Positions 1-10,554 of a stretch of 62,650 nucleotides of DNA are shown piece by piece. The stretch's first letter is position 1, and each line of letters begins with the position of its first letter. The notes beneath the pieces are model-generated. The model saw only the letters and a program-made list of their open reading frames with translations, did no database searches and was not told the origin of the DNA. The stretch comes from an uncultured Alphaproteobacteria bacterium (GTDB taxonomy: Bacteria; Pseudomonadota; Alphaproteobacteria; Bin95): the NCBI GenBank assembly GCA_963974445.1, contig CAXBDI010000005.1:1-62650 (forward strand), read 5' to 3'. The position numbers and the translations under genes are program-made.

Positions 1-149
1 CCGGATGGTCCAACGACTTCGCTCGATCCATACTCGGCCAAATGCGATAGCCCTGGGCGGGTCAGGCCCGTCGCTAGACTTTTCCGCGATTTACCGGCAG
101 CATCTGCCGTCTGTCTCACTCACTCCAACTCGATAGAGGCCCGCTGCCA

Positions 150-1328
150 ATGCCCATCGTCAACCGCATCGCCGAATACCACGACCAGATGACCGGATGG
201 CGGCGCGACCTGCATCAGCATCCGGAAACGGCGTTCGAGGAGCATTGGACCTCCGACTATGTGGCGGAGCAGTTGGAAACCTTCGGCCTCGACGAAATCC
301 ACCGCGGAATTGCGAAGACCGGCATCGTCGCGGTGCTGCGCAACGGCAATAGCGGCAAGTCCATCGCCTTGCGCGCCGATATGGATGCGCTGGATATCCA
401 GGAGGCGACCGACCTGCCCTATAAAAGCCAGATCCCCGGCAAGATGCACGCCTGCGGCCATGACGGGCACACCACCATGCTACTGGGGGCGGCGAAATAT
501 CTGGCGGAGACCAAGAACTTCGACGGCACCGTCTACTTCATCTTTCAGCCGGCGGAGGAGAACGAGGGTGGCGGCCGGGTCATGGTCGAGGAGGGCTTGT
601 TCGAGCGTTTTCCGGCGCAAGCGGTCTACGGCATGCACAATTCCCCCGGCATGCCGGTCGGCCAGATCGCGATGCGCCCCGGGCCGGCGATGGCTGGCTA
701 CGATATTTTCGAGATCGTGATTGATGGCTATGGCAGCCACGCGGCGCGCCCGAACCAGGGCGTCGACCCGGTCGTGGTGCAGGCGCAGATCGTCCTCGGC
801 CTGCAAACCATCGCCAGCCGCAATGTCGATCCGGTCGATTCGGTGGTCGTCAGCGTGACACAGGTGCATGGTGGCGATACGTGGAACGTCATTCCGCCGC
901 AGGTAGTGCTGCGCGGCACGGTGCGCTGCTTCAAGACGGAGGTGCAGGACCAGACGGAAGAGCGGATGCGCTCGCTGGCCACCAATATCGCGGAAGCGCA
1001 CAACGCAACGGCCTCGGTCCGCTACGAACGCCGCTACCCGCCAACGGTGAACGATGAGGCGCATATGGAGCGTTGCGCCAGTGTCGGCCGCGCGCTGCTG
1101 GGCGAGGACAAAGTCGCCACCGATGCGCCGCAGGGCATGGGATCCGAAGACTTCTCCTTCATGCTGAACGAAAAGCCAGGCTGCTATATCCGCCTTGGCA
1201 ACGGCGCCAAAGACGAGCATGGCGGTGTTGTCGTGCACAACCCGCGCTACGATTTCAACGATGCGGCACTGCCCTATGGCGCCAGCTATTGGGCGATGCT
1301 GGTCGAACAGGAACTGGCCCGAAGCTGA
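150..1328 (+). CDS. M20 family amidohydrolase (hippurate hydrolase/aminoacylase-like)
   Basis: 392 aa; motifs RRDLHQHPE, ALRADMDAL, MHACGHDGH, FQPAEE, GSEDF, HNPRYDFND are typical of M20D amidohydrolases. Confidence 0.93.
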   Translation: MPIVNRIAEYHDQMTGWRRDLHQHPETAFEEHWTSDYVAEQLETFGLDEIHRGIAKTGIVAVLRNGNSGKSIALRADMDALDIQEATDLPYKSQIPGKMHACGHDGHTTMLLGAAKYLAETKNFDGTVYFIFQPAEENEGGGRVMVEEGLFERFPAQAVYGMHNSPGMPVGQIAMRPGPAMAGYDIFEIVIDGYGSHAARPNQGVDPVVVQAQIVLGLQTIASRNVDPVDSVVVSVTQVHGGDTWNVIPPQVVLRGTVRCFKTEVQDQTEERMRSLATNIAEAHNATASVRYERRYPPTVNDEAHMERCASVGRALLGEDKVATDAPQGMGSEDFSFMLNEKPGCYIRLGNGAKDEHGGVVVHNPRYDFNDAALPYGASYWAMLVEQELARS

Positions 1329-1353
1329 TCACCATGCAAGGCGACGGTAATTG

Positions 1354-3627
1354 ATGACGACCGCGCCCCCCCAAACGGACCGAAACGGCGAGACAACGGA
1401 CTCTCCGGGCGCTTGGTCGCGCGCGCGCTCTTTCTGGCGCCGTTGGCGGATCGGGCAGCGCCTGGGCATGGCGTCGGTGATCGCCGCCATTGCCTCGGCG
1501 ATACTGACTTACGCGGTATTCTCCGGCTGGGTCTCCTTCCTGCCGGCGACGCCGTCAGTGTTGGTGACCCTGCTCAACCTCGATTTGGTGCTGTTCCTCG
1601 TCGTTGGCATCCTGGTGGCCAGCCGCGTGGTGCGGTTGTGGGGCGAGCGCCGCCGTGGCATGGCCGCCTCCGGATTGCACGTGCGATTGGTGTTGCTGTT
1701 CAGCCTGGTTGCGGGACTGCCGGCGGTGCTGGTGACGATGTTCAGCGTCCTATTCCTGCACCACGGTCTGCAAAGCTGGTTTAGCCAGCAGATCGACAAG
1801 GCGCTGGCGGATTCGCTGACGGTGGCCGAGGCCTACCTGCAGGAGCACAGCCGGGCCGCCGCCCGCGATACGCTGGCGGTGGCCTCCGACTTGCGGCGCG
1901 ATTCCGCGGAACTGGGGTGGGAAAGCGAGGCGCTCACCGCGTTTCTGGAGCGGCAACTGCGATGGAGAAGCCTGCAAGCGGCGATCATTTTCTCCGCTAA
2001 TGGCGACGTCGCGGCGCGGGTCGGCGATCTGGCTTCTATGGCCAGCGAACTCGTCCCGGACTGGGCGATGGCAGATGCCCGCAATGGCGATGTCGCGGTC
2101 GTCATCGGCCGCGACGGTGACCAGTTGCGCGGGCTGGTGAAATTGGATGGGGAGCCGGAACGTTTCCTTTATGTGGGCCGTGCTGTCGATCAGGAGGTCT
2201 TGCGCTACATCAGCGATATCCGCGCCTCGGTCAGCCAGTTCCAGCGGCTGCAGGCCGAACGCGCCGATATCGAACTGACATTCGGCGCGATTTTCGCGAT
2301 GCTGGCCTTGCTGCTGATCGTCGCCGCTATCTGGTTTGGCTTGTCCTTTGCCGGCCGGCTGGCCCGGCCGATCGCCGCGCTGGTCGAAGCGGCGGAGCGG
2401 GTGCGGGCTGGCGACCTGGAAGTCCGCCTGAGCCGGATGGGCGAAATGGGCGAGTTCCAGATGCTGGGGCGTACCTTCAATCGCATGACCACGCAATTGC
2501 GCGCCCAGCGCCAGGAGTTGGTGGAGGCAAACCGCCAGTTGGATGAGCGCCGCCGCTTTACGGAGGCGGTGTTGTCAGGCGTCGCCGCCGGCGTCGTCGG
2601 CCTGGACAACGAAGGCCGTATCCGCTTCCCGAACAGCGCTGCCAGCCATCTGCTGGGTATCGACCTCGACCGGCGCCGCGACGAGCCGTTCGCCGATTTG
2701 GTGCCGGATTTGGCGCCGTTGATCGAGCGCGCCCACCGCTGGCCGGCGGTGACGACCGAAAGCCAGATCGCCCATCGCACCGAAGCGGGTGAGCGCACGT
2801 TTTTGGTGCGGGTCACGGTCGAAACCGGCGGCGAATCCGGCAGCGTCGTCACCTTCACCGATATCACCGACCTTTTGGACGCGCAGCGCAAGGCCGCCTG
2901 GTCGGATATCGCCCGGCGCATCGCCCATGAGATTAAGAACCCGCTGACGCCGATCCAACTGTCGGCGGAACGGTTGCGGCGGCGCTACCTGCCGCAGGTC
3001 TCCGACGATCCGAAGACGTTCGAACTGTGCACCGACACAATCATCCGCCAGGTCGACGGGCTGCGCCGGTTGGTCGATGAGTTCTCCGATTTCGCACGGT
3101 TGCCGGCGCCGCGGCTCGCACCGGCCGATCTGATCGCTATCGCGCGGGAGGCTATCGCGCTTCAGGAAACCGCGGCGTCTGGCGTCACGTTCACCCTGGA
3201 TTCCGGTGGGGTGGATCGGCTGCGGGTTGTCTGCGACGGCGGCCAGATTGCCCGCGTCTTCACCAACCTGCTGCAAAACGCGGTGGAGGCCATCGAACGG
3301 GCGGTAGAGGCGAATGAACCGGCCGCATTGGCGGGTGGAACCATTGACGTCACCATCGGCAAGGAGGACTCGCCGGCCGGCGCGATGGCCGTGATTACCA
3401 TCGCCGACAATGGCGCAGGTTTGCCGGAGCACTTGCGCGACCGGTTGGCCGATCCCTATGTGACGACAAGGGCCAAAGGTACCGGATTGGGGTTGGCCAT
3501 CGTCCGGAAAATCGTTACGGACCATGGTGGCAGCCTACAGTTTCACAACCGCCCGCATGGCGGCGCACTGGTGACGGTAACAATTGCCTTTGCACCAGTG
3601 ACACAGGGTCAAACACATGACGCATGA
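1354..3627 (+). CDS. ntrY: NtrY-type membrane sensor histidine kinase (HAMP-PAS-HisKA-HATPase)
   Basis: N-terminal TM segments, HAMP, H-box AWSDIARRIAHEIKNPLTPIQLSAERL, N/G boxes (NLLQNA, DNGAG, GTGLGL); overlaps the ntrX start. TTG at 1351 or ATG at 1354. Confidence 0.92.
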   Translation: MTTAPPQTDRNGETTDSPGAWSRARSFWRRWRIGQRLGMASVIAAIASAILTYAVFSGWVSFLPATPSVLVTLLNLDLVLFLVVGILVASRVVRLWGERRRGMAASGLHVRLVLLFSLVAGLPAVLVTMFSVLFLHHGLQSWFSQQIDKALADSLTVAEAYLQEHSRAAARDTLAVASDLRRDSAELGWESEALTAFLERQLRWRSLQAAIIFSANGDVAARVGDLASMASELVPDWAMADARNGDVAVVIGRDGDQLRGLVKLDGEPERFLYVGRAVDQEVLRYISDIRASVSQFQRLQAERADIELTFGAIFAMLALLLIVAAIWFGLSFAGRLARPIAALVEAAERVRAGDLEVRLSRMGEMGEFQMLGRTFNRMTTQLRAQRQELVEANRQLDERRRFTEAVLSGVAAGVVGLDNEGRIRFPNSAASHLLGIDLDRRRDEPFADLVPDLAPLIERAHRWPAVTTESQIAHRTEAGERTFLVRVTVETGGESGSVVTFTDITDLLDAQRKAAWSDIARRIAHEIKNPLTPIQLSAERLRRRYLPQVSDDPKTFELCTDTIIRQVDGLRRLVDEFSDFARLPAPRLAPADLIAIAREAIALQETAASGVTFTLDSGGVDRLRVVCDGGQIARVFTNLLQNAVEAIERAVEANEPAALAGGTIDVTIGKEDSPAGAMAVITIADNGAGLPEHLRDRLADPYVTTRAKGTGLGLAIVRKIVTDHGGSLQFHNRPHGGALVTVTIAFAPVTQGQTHDA

Positions 3628-4996
3628 CATTTTGGTGGTCGACGACGAAGCCGATATCCGGCTGTTGATCACCGGCTTGTTGGAAGACGAGGGGTTCGGC
3701 ACCCGGCTGGGCGCAGACGCGGACGAGGCGCTGGCGGCGGTCGCGGCCCGGCGCCCGACTCTTGTTATTCTCGACGTCTGGCTGGAGGGCAGCCGCCTGG
3801 ACGGCATCGAATTGTTGGACGAGTTGCAACGCATCGTACCGGAAGTACCGGTGGTGATGATCAGTGGCCATGGCACTATCGAGATGGCGGTTTCGGCCAT
3901 CCACGCCGGAGCCTACGACTTTATCGAGAAACCGTTCAAGCTCGACCGCTTGCTGCTGGTCATTGCCCGCGCCATCGAAGACGCGCGGCTGCGGCGAGAG
4001 GTAGCAGAGTTGCGGCTGCGTGCCGGGGCGGAGGCGACGTTGATCGGCGATTCGCCGTCGGCCAAATCCATCCGCAACGTCATCAACAAAGTGGCGCCAA
4101 CCGGCAGCCGTGTGCTGATCTCCGGGCCTTCCGGGGTCGGCAAGGAGGTGGTGGCGCGCCAGATCCACGCTGCATCCAGGCAGGCGAGCGGGCCATTCGT
4201 CGTAGTCAACTGCGCCTCTATCGCGCCTGAGACCATGGAGATCGAATTGTTTGGGGCGGAGGATGTCTCCGGGACCGGTATCCGGCGCATTGGCACCTTC
4301 GAACAGGCGCACGGCGGCACGCTGCTGTTGGACGAAGTCTCCGACATGCCGCTGGAGACCCAGGCGAAGATCCTACGGCTGTTGCAGGAACAGGCCTTCG
4401 TGCGGGTCGGCGGCGCGGCGCGGGTGCAGGTTGAGGTGCGTGTCATGGCGACCACCAGCCGCGACCTTCAGGCAGCGGTGGCCGAGGGGCGGTTCCGTGA
4501 GGAGTTGTTCTACCGGCTGGCCGTTGTCCCCATCGACGTGCCCTCGTTGAGCGCCAGGCGGGAAGATATTCCGGAACTCGCCACTTATTTCCTGGCGGGC
4601 GCCGCCCGGCTGAATGGCAGGCAGGCCGCAGAAATGACGCAGGAGGCGATGGCGCGACTCCAAGCTTACGACTGGCCGGGTAATGTCCGCCAATTGCGCA
4701 ATACGATGGAGCGCACCCTGATCATGGCCGGCGACACCACCACCATTGGCCTCGACGCATTGCCGCCCGAGGTCAACGGGCAGCTTCCCGCCAACGGCGG
4801 TCGCCGGCCAGCGGAAGTGTTGGGCTTGCCGTTGCGCGAGGCGCGTGAGCATTTCGAGCGGGATTACTTGCAAGCGCAGGTCGAGCGTTTCGGCGGGAAC
4901 ATTTCGCGCACCGCCGGTTTCGTTGGAATGGAGCGCTCGGCGCTGCACCGCAAGCTCAAGTCCCTGGGCATCAATGTCGGTAACGAGCGTGGCTGA
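3617..4996 (+). CDS. ntrX: NtrX response regulator (REC-AAA+-Fis HTH)
   Basis: REC domain (DILVVDDE, LDVWLEGS), Walker A GPSGVGKE, no GAFTGA motif (as expected for NtrX), C-terminal GNISRTAGFVGMERSALHRKLKSLG. Confidence 0.94.
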   Translation: MTHDILVVDDEADIRLLITGLLEDEGFGTRLGADADEALAAVAARRPTLVILDVWLEGSRLDGIELLDELQRIVPEVPVVMISGHGTIEMAVSAIHAGAYDFIEKPFKLDRLLLVIARAIEDARLRREVAELRLRAGAEATLIGDSPSAKSIRNVINKVAPTGSRVLISGPSGVGKEVVARQIHAASRQASGPFVVVNCASIAPETMEIELFGAEDVSGTGIRRIGTFEQAHGGTLLLDEVSDMPLETQAKILRLLQEQAFVRVGGAARVQVEVRVMATTSRDLQAAVAEGRFREELFYRLAVVPIDVPSLSARREDIPELATYFLAGAARLNGRQAAEMTQEAMARLQAYDWPGNVRQLRNTMERTLIMAGDTTTIGLDALPPEVNGQLPANGGRRPAEVLGLPLREAREHFERDYLQAQVERFGGNISRTAGFVGMERSALHRKLKSLGINVGNERG

Positions 4997-5071
4997 CGAT
5001 GTGGCGGATGAAACGGGTGAAAGCACTAGGAATGAGACAACGACTGGATGGCCACAGATGAGTAAGAGGCG

Positions 5072-6448
5072 ATGAAAGTCATTGTCTGCGGCGCCGGCCA
5101 GGTCGGAACGACGCTCGCCCGGCAGCTATCCAGCGAGGCGAACGATGTCGTCGTCATCGACCAGTCCGCAGACCTGATCCGCCGTCTTGACGACAGCTTG
5201 GATGTGCGCGGCATTGTCGGTTACGCGTCCCGGCCAAGCGTGTTGGAGCAGGCCGGCGCGGCCGACGCAGACATGATTATCGCCGCGACGGTATCAGACG
5301 AGGTCAACATGATGGCCTGCATCGTCGGGCATACCCTGTTCCACATTCCGACGAAGATCGCGCGGGTACGCGATCAGGAATATTCGGCGGAGCGCTGGTC
5401 GGCGCTGTTCGGCAAAGACGGCCTGCCCATCGACGTTATCATCTCGCCGGAGCAGGAGGTGGCGCGGGCCATCATGCGCCGCCTGCACGCGCCCGGCGCC
5501 ATCGAGATGATCGAATTGGCCGACAACGCCATTCGCCTGGTGGGCGTGCGGCTCGGCGAGAGTTGCCCGATCATCAACACACCGTTGCGCCAGTTGACAG
5601 CAGTGTTTCCCGATCTGAATGTTCAGGTGGTGGGTGTTGTCCGTGAGGGCAGACCTTTCGTGCCGGACGATCAGGACCAGTTGTTCCCGCGGGACGAGGT
5701 TTACTTCGTCGCCGATACCCTGCATGTACCGCGTGCCATGGCGGCGTTCGGGCTGGACCTGCCGGAAAGCCATCGGGTGATTATCGTTGGCGGCGGCAAT
5801 ATCGGCCGGCGGCTCGCGCGAATCATCGAGGAGGAAGACCGGGATATCTCCGCCATCATCATCGAGCGCGATCCGGAGCGGGCGCACGACATCGCCCAGC
5901 GCCTGGCGCGCACGACGATCCTGAACGGTGACGCGATGGAGCCGGAGCTTCTGGACGAAGCGAACGCCAAACATGCGGATACGATCATCGCCGTGACCGA
6001 TCATGACGAGACCAATATTCTGGCCGCACTTCTGGCAAAACGCTACGGGACGAAGCAGGCCATCGCGCTCGTCACCCGTCCTGCTTACGCCGCCTTGCTA
6101 CAGCCGCTCGATATCGATGTGGTCATAAATCCACGGGCCATCACCGCGTCGACGATCCTGCAGCATGTGCGGCGCGGCCGTGTGCGGGCGGTCTATTCCA
6201 TCGGCGACAACTTCGGCGAAATCATCGACATCGAGGCGATGGAGTCTTCCGGTATCGTCGGCAAGGCGCTGTCGGAATCCAAGCTGCCGCATGGCGCAAT
6301 GGTTGGCGCGATTGTCCGGGACGGTCAGGTGGTCATCCCGCGGCCCGATACTGTGATCAAACCAGCGGATCGTGTCATATTGTTCGCGATAGAATCCGTC
6401 ATCAAGAAGGTCGAACGCATCTTTGCCGTCAGCCTGGAACATTTTTGA
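5072..6448 (+). CDS. trkA: Trk K+ uptake system NAD-binding subunit TrkA
   Basis: 458 aa, two RCK/Rossmann modules (MKVIVCGAGQVG; IIVGGGNIG); usual position after ntrX. Confidence 0.95.
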   Translation: MKVIVCGAGQVGTTLARQLSSEANDVVVIDQSADLIRRLDDSLDVRGIVGYASRPSVLEQAGAADADMIIAATVSDEVNMMACIVGHTLFHIPTKIARVRDQEYSAERWSALFGKDGLPIDVIISPEQEVARAIMRRLHAPGAIEMIELADNAIRLVGVRLGESCPIINTPLRQLTAVFPDLNVQVVGVVREGRPFVPDDQDQLFPRDEVYFVADTLHVPRAMAAFGLDLPESHRVIIVGGGNIGRRLARIIEEEDRDISAIIIERDPERAHDIAQRLARTTILNGDAMEPELLDEANAKHADTIIAVTDHDETNILAALLAKRYGTKQAIALVTRPAYAALLQPLDIDVVINPRAITASTILQHVRRGRVRAVYSIGDNFGEIIDIEAMESSGIVGKALSESKLPHGAMVGAIVRDGQVVIPRPDTVIKPADRVILFAIESVIKKVERIFAVSLEHF

Positions 6449-6457
6449 GAGAGCCGC

Positions 6458-7324
6458 ATGAGCCGCGTCGCCTACGTCAACGGCCGCTACGTCCCGCATA
6501 AGGCCGCCCAAGTCTCCGTCGAGGACCGTGGCTTTCAGTTCGCCGACGGCATCTATGAGGTCGTGGCCATCGACCGCGGCCACTTTGTCGATGAAATTCC
6601 GCATCTGGACCGCTGGGACCGCTCGCTGGGCGCACTGCGGCTGCCGCCGGCCATGCCACGGGCGCCGATGCGCCAGATTATGGCGGAGATGCTGCGCCGC
6701 AACCGGGTGCGCGAGGGCATCCTCTACATGCAGCTCACCCGCGGCGCCGCCCGGCGCGACGCGCCATTCCCGCGCCAGGCGCACCCGACCCTGGTGATGA
6801 CCTGCCGCCCGCAAACCCTGCCAAAACCAGGGCAGGTGGAGGCGGGCGTTTCGGTGCTCAGCGTGCCGGAGATCCGCTGGCGGCGCTGCGATGTGAAATC
6901 CGTGGCGCTGCTGCCGAACGTGCTCGCCAAGCAGAAGGCGCGGGAGCATGGCGCCCACGAGGCTTGGTTCACGCGGGAGGAAGACGGAGTGGTGACGGAG
7001 GGGGGCTCAACCAACGCCTTCATCGTCTCGGCAGACGGCACTCTGATTACGCATCCGGCGACCAACGCCATTCTGGGCGGCATTACCCGCGACCGCGTCA
7101 TCAGTCTGGCGCGGGCGGCCGGGATGCAAGTCGAGGAACGGCCATTCACTCTGGACGAGGCGAAAAGCGCCCGCGAGGCGTTCATGACGTCGACCACCAC
7201 CGGGGTCTTTCCCATCGTGCAGATCGACGACGCATCGGTCGCGAACGGCAAGCCCGGCAGCCTGACGCTCGATCTGAACGCTCGCTATGGCGTGTTCTCG
7301 GCGACCGGCATGGTGCGCGAATGA
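6458..7324 (+). CDS. dat: D-amino-acid transaminase (PLP fold type IV)
   Basis: MSRVAYVNGRY, EDRGFQFADGIYEV, RCDVKSVALLPNVL, TEGGSTN, ILGGITR. Confidence 0.85.
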   Translation: MSRVAYVNGRYVPHKAAQVSVEDRGFQFADGIYEVVAIDRGHFVDEIPHLDRWDRSLGALRLPPAMPRAPMRQIMAEMLRRNRVREGILYMQLTRGAARRDAPFPRQAHPTLVMTCRPQTLPKPGQVEAGVSVLSVPEIRWRRCDVKSVALLPNVLAKQKAREHGAHEAWFTREEDGVVTEGGSTNAFIVSADGTLITHPATNAILGGITRDRVISLARAAGMQVEERPFTLDEAKSAREAFMTSTTTGVFPIVQIDDASVANGKPGSLTLDLNARYGVFSATGMVRE

Positions 7325-7992
7325 GCACCGCTCTTCTGCCGCGACCACGGGCGCTGCTGTTCGATTGGGACGGCACGCTGATCGATAACTGGGACGCCAT
7401 CGTCTCCGGCCTGAACGAGGCCCTGGTGACGTTCGGCCAGCCAGCCTGGACGCGCGGCGAGGCCATGGACCGGATCAGCGCCTCGCAGCGCGACAGCTTT
7501 CCGGTGTTGTTCGGCGACGACTGGCAGCAGGCGCGTGACATCTTCTATGCGGGCTTCGAGCGCCGCCATCTGGAACTGCTAACCGTATTGGAAGGGGCCG
7601 AGGCGCTGTTGGATGCTGTGCCGCCCGTCGTCACCAGCCTGGTCTCGAACAAGAGCGGGCGGCATTTGCGGCTGGAGGCAGCGCATCTGGGCTGGACCTC
7701 CCGATTTCACGCGCTGATCGGTGCGACCGATGCGGAGCGTGACAAGCCGGACCCCGCGCCGGTGCACCTGGCCTTGCAGGGAACCGGCATCGCCGCCGGC
7801 CCGGATGTTTGGTTCATCGGCGATTCGGCCACCGACCTCAAAACCGCCCGCGCGGCAGGGTGCACGGCGATCATGGTGCGCCATGTCGCGGCCAACCCGG
7901 CGCCATTACCGCCGGACCTTTCGCCGGATTTGAGCGTCGCGAACCTTGCTGCATTGCAGCAAGCCCTTGTGCTGAGCCTGAGCGCTTCCTAA
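7321..7992 (+). CDS. HAD-family hydrolase (phosphoglycolate phosphatase-like)
   Basis: ATG at 7321 overlaps the dat stop; motifs [24 protein letters not shown]. Confidence 0.88.
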   Translation: MSTALLPRPRALLFDWDGTLIDNWDAIVSGLNEALVTFGQPAWTRGEAMDRISASQRDSFPVLFGDDWQQARDIFYAGFERRHLELLTVLEGAEALLDAVPPVVTSLVSNKSGRHLRLEAAHLGWTSRFHALIGATDAERDKPDPAPVHLALQGTGIAAGPDVWFIGDSATDLKTARAAGCTAIMVRHVAANPAPLPPDLSPDLSVANLAALQQALVLSLSAS

Positions 7993-8108
7993 TTAATCCT
8001 CTACTCAGGGTGTCCGCGAACCGTGCGGCGACTCTTTTTTTTGACGACGATCCTCCCACGTCCTCGCCGCTGTCGCGTAACGCTGGGCAACAAGAAAGGG
8101 GCTCCGTA

Positions 8109-8375
8109 ATGTCGGCCCAGAAGCAACAGAACCTGCAAGACGTTTTTCTCAACTACGTTCGTAAGAATAAGCTGCCGGTGACCGTGTTCCTGATGAACGG
8201 GGTCAAACTGCAGGGCGTGATTACGTGGTTCGACAACTTCTCGATCCTGCTGCGCCGCGATGGCCACTCACAACTGGTCTATAAGCACGCGATCTCCACC
8301 GTGATGCCGTCTCAGCCCGTAATGCTCTGGGATGGTCCGGAAGAATCGACAGTCGAGGAAGAGGCGTCCGTTTGA
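8109..8375 (+). CDS. hfq: RNA chaperone Hfq
   Basis: [30 protein letters not shown]...[13 protein letters not shown] Sm motifs; the track ORF is artificially extended upstream. Confidence 0.98.
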   Translation: MSAQKQQNLQDVFLNYVRKNKLPVTVFLMNGVKLQGVITWFDNFSILLRRDGHSQLVYKHAISTVMPSQPVMLWDGPEESTVEEEASV

Positions 8376-9685
8376 GCGAACAGCGCGGCGGCCCGCACTT
8401 CCATAATACCGAGCCGGAGCCCGAACGCGCCCTGGTCGTCCACCCGGATATCGCCGGCCAGCCGGCCTCCCGGCCCGCCGATGCCGCGCTCGAGGAGGCG
8501 GTCAGCCTGACCGCGGCCATCGCGCTAGACGTGCGCCATACCATGGTTGCGCGGGTAAAAAAGGTGCGGCCGGCGACCCTGCTCGGCGCGGGCGTGGTCG
8601 ATGAGATCAAGGCGCAGTGCGCACTGGACGAGATCGGCATCGTCATCGTCGACGCGCAATTGACGCCGGCGCAACAGCGCAATCTGGAGCGGGAGATCGA
8701 TGCCAAGGTCATCGACCGCACCGGCCTGATTTTGGAGATCTTCGGCGCGCGCGCCCGCACGTCGGAGGGCCGGTTGCAGGTGGAGTTGGCGCAACTCTCT
8801 TACCAACGCACCCGCCTGGTGCGGTCCTGGACGCACTTGGAGCGGCAGCGCGGCGGCGCTGGCTTCATGGGTGGCCCCGGCGAACGGCAGATCGAGTTGG
8901 ACCGCCGCCTGATCGACGAGCGCATCGTGCGCCTTAAGAAGGACCTGGTGGAGGTACAGCGGACCCGCGGCCTGCACCGCTCCAGCCGCAAGAAGGTGCC
9001 GTATCCGGTGGTGGCGTTGGTCGGCTATACCAACGCTGGCAAGTCGACGCTGTTCAACCGGCTGACCCATGCCGACGTCTTGGTGCAGGATCAGTTGTTC
9101 GCAACCCTCGACCCGACCATGCGCTCCGTGAAGCTGCCCGGCGGCCGCACCGTCATTCTCAGCGACACCGTGGGTTTCATCTCCGACTTGCCGACACAGT
9201 TGGTGGCGGCCTTCCGCGCGACCTTGGAGGAGGTGATGGAGGCGGATCTGCTGTTGCATGTGCGCGATGCCGCCGACCCGGATTCTGGCGCACAGAAGCG
9301 CGATGTGGAGCAGGTGTTGGCAGACCTCGGCCTCGCCGACGACAACGCCAAGCCGACCATCGAAGTGCTGAACAAGACCGACCTGATCCCGGCCGATGAA
9401 TTGGCGCTGTTGCAGGAACGGGTCGACGGCCAGCACTTTGTGCAGGCCTCGGCGCTAACCGGCGACGGTTGCGGCGACTTGATGGACGCCATCGATGCGG
9501 CCTTGGCGGCGCAGCGCACGGTCGTGGAGTTGGACGTCGCACATGCCGATGGCAAAACCCTGGCCTGGCTCTACCGCCGCGGCCAGGTGCTGAGCCGTGA
9601 GGACCGCGAAACCGGCGCTCACCTGACCGTCGCTCTGGACCCCGCCGATGTCGCGCGGCTAGAACAGGGGCTTCAGACACAATAG
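8372..9685 (+). CDS. hflX: Ribosome-splitting GTPase HflX
   Basis: G1 [26 protein letters not shown]; directly follows hfq. Confidence 0.97.
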   Translation: MSEQRGGPHFHNTEPEPERALVVHPDIAGQPASRPADAALEEAVSLTAAIALDVRHTMVARVKKVRPATLLGAGVVDEIKAQCALDEIGIVIVDAQLTPAQQRNLEREIDAKVIDRTGLILEIFGARARTSEGRLQVELAQLSYQRTRLVRSWTHLERQRGGAGFMGGPGERQIELDRRLIDERIVRLKKDLVEVQRTRGLHRSSRKKVPYPVVALVGYTNAGKSTLFNRLTHADVLVQDQLFATLDPTMRSVKLPGGRTVILSDTVGFISDLPTQLVAAFRATLEEVMEADLLLHVRDAADPDSGAQKRDVEQVLADLGLADDNAKPTIEVLNKTDLIPADELALLQERVDGQHFVQASALTGDGCGDLMDAIDAALAAQRTVVELDVAHADGKTLAWLYRRGQVLSREDRETGAHLTVALDPADVARLEQGLQTQ

Positions 9686-9695
9686 GCGCGACCCA

Positions 9696-10541
9696 ATGAT
9701 CCCCGACCTTCAACGCGTCGCCGACGTGATCCGCGATGTCGCCGAGCGGGAACTGGTGCCGCATTTTGTGACACTGTCCGCCGACGACATTGGCGAGAAA
9801 TCACCAGGTGACTTCGTCACTGCGGTCGATCTGGCCATGGAAAAGGCGCTGGCTGCCGCCTTAGTGCCACTGTTGCCCGGCTCTCTCGTCGTTGGCGAGG
9901 AAGCCGTGCACGACGACCGCGGCATCCTGGCGCTGCTGGAAGGCGACGCACCCGTCTGGGTGCTCGACCCGCTCGACGGCACCGGCAACTTTACCCAAGG
10001 CCTGCCCACCGTCGCCGTGATCGTCGCCTTGGTGATCAAGGGCGAAACCGTGGCGGGCTGGATCTACGATCCGCTCAACGGTCGCATGGCGATTGCTGGC
10101 AAAGGCGAGGGCGCGTTCATGGGCTCTCACCGCCTGAAAGTGGCGCGTCCGGCGGAGGATCGTTCGCTGAATGGCTCGATCTACGGGCGGTTCGTGCGCC
10201 TGTCGGAGCCGTATCAACGCATTTGGGGCCGCGGGCGCGGCGTGCTCGGCAACGTCTTTAACACGCGCTGCGTCGGCCAGGAATATCTGGCCCGCGTTAT
10301 GGGCCGGATGCACTTTGGCGTCTACACCCGCATGAAACCCTGGGATCACGCGGCAGGCTTCTTGCTGCACCAGGAAGCCGGTGGCGTTGCACGTATGGGC
10401 GACGGCACCGATTACCGCCCGGCGGAAAGGGGGCATGTCTGCCTGCTGACTCCGGACGAAGATCTGTGGCACACGATGCACGAGCAGTTGATCAAGCCCG
10501 CGATGGCGGAAGACGCCACGCGCGCGAAAGCGAAAGCATAA
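9696..10541 (+). CDS. Inositol monophosphatase family protein
   Basis: DFVTAVD, GEE, WVLDPLDGTGNF, PWDHAAG. Confidence 0.9.
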   Translation: MIPDLQRVADVIRDVAERELVPHFVTLSADDIGEKSPGDFVTAVDLAMEKALAAALVPLLPGSLVVGEEAVHDDRGILALLEGDAPVWVLDPLDGTGNFTQGLPTVAVIVALVIKGETVAGWIYDPLNGRMAIAGKGEGAFMGSHRLKVARPAEDRSLNGSIYGRFVRLSEPYQRIWGRGRGVLGNVFNTRCVGQEYLARVMGRMHFGVYTRMKPWDHAAGFLLHQEAGGVARMGDGTDYRPAERGHVCLLTPDEDLWHTMHEQLIKPAMAEDATRAKAKA

Positions 10542-10554
10542 GGGAGAATAAGCC

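Noticed and set aside
3617-4996. Missing GAFTGA loop in the sigma54-type activator
   Set aside because: This is the known normal state for NtrX, not a novelty.
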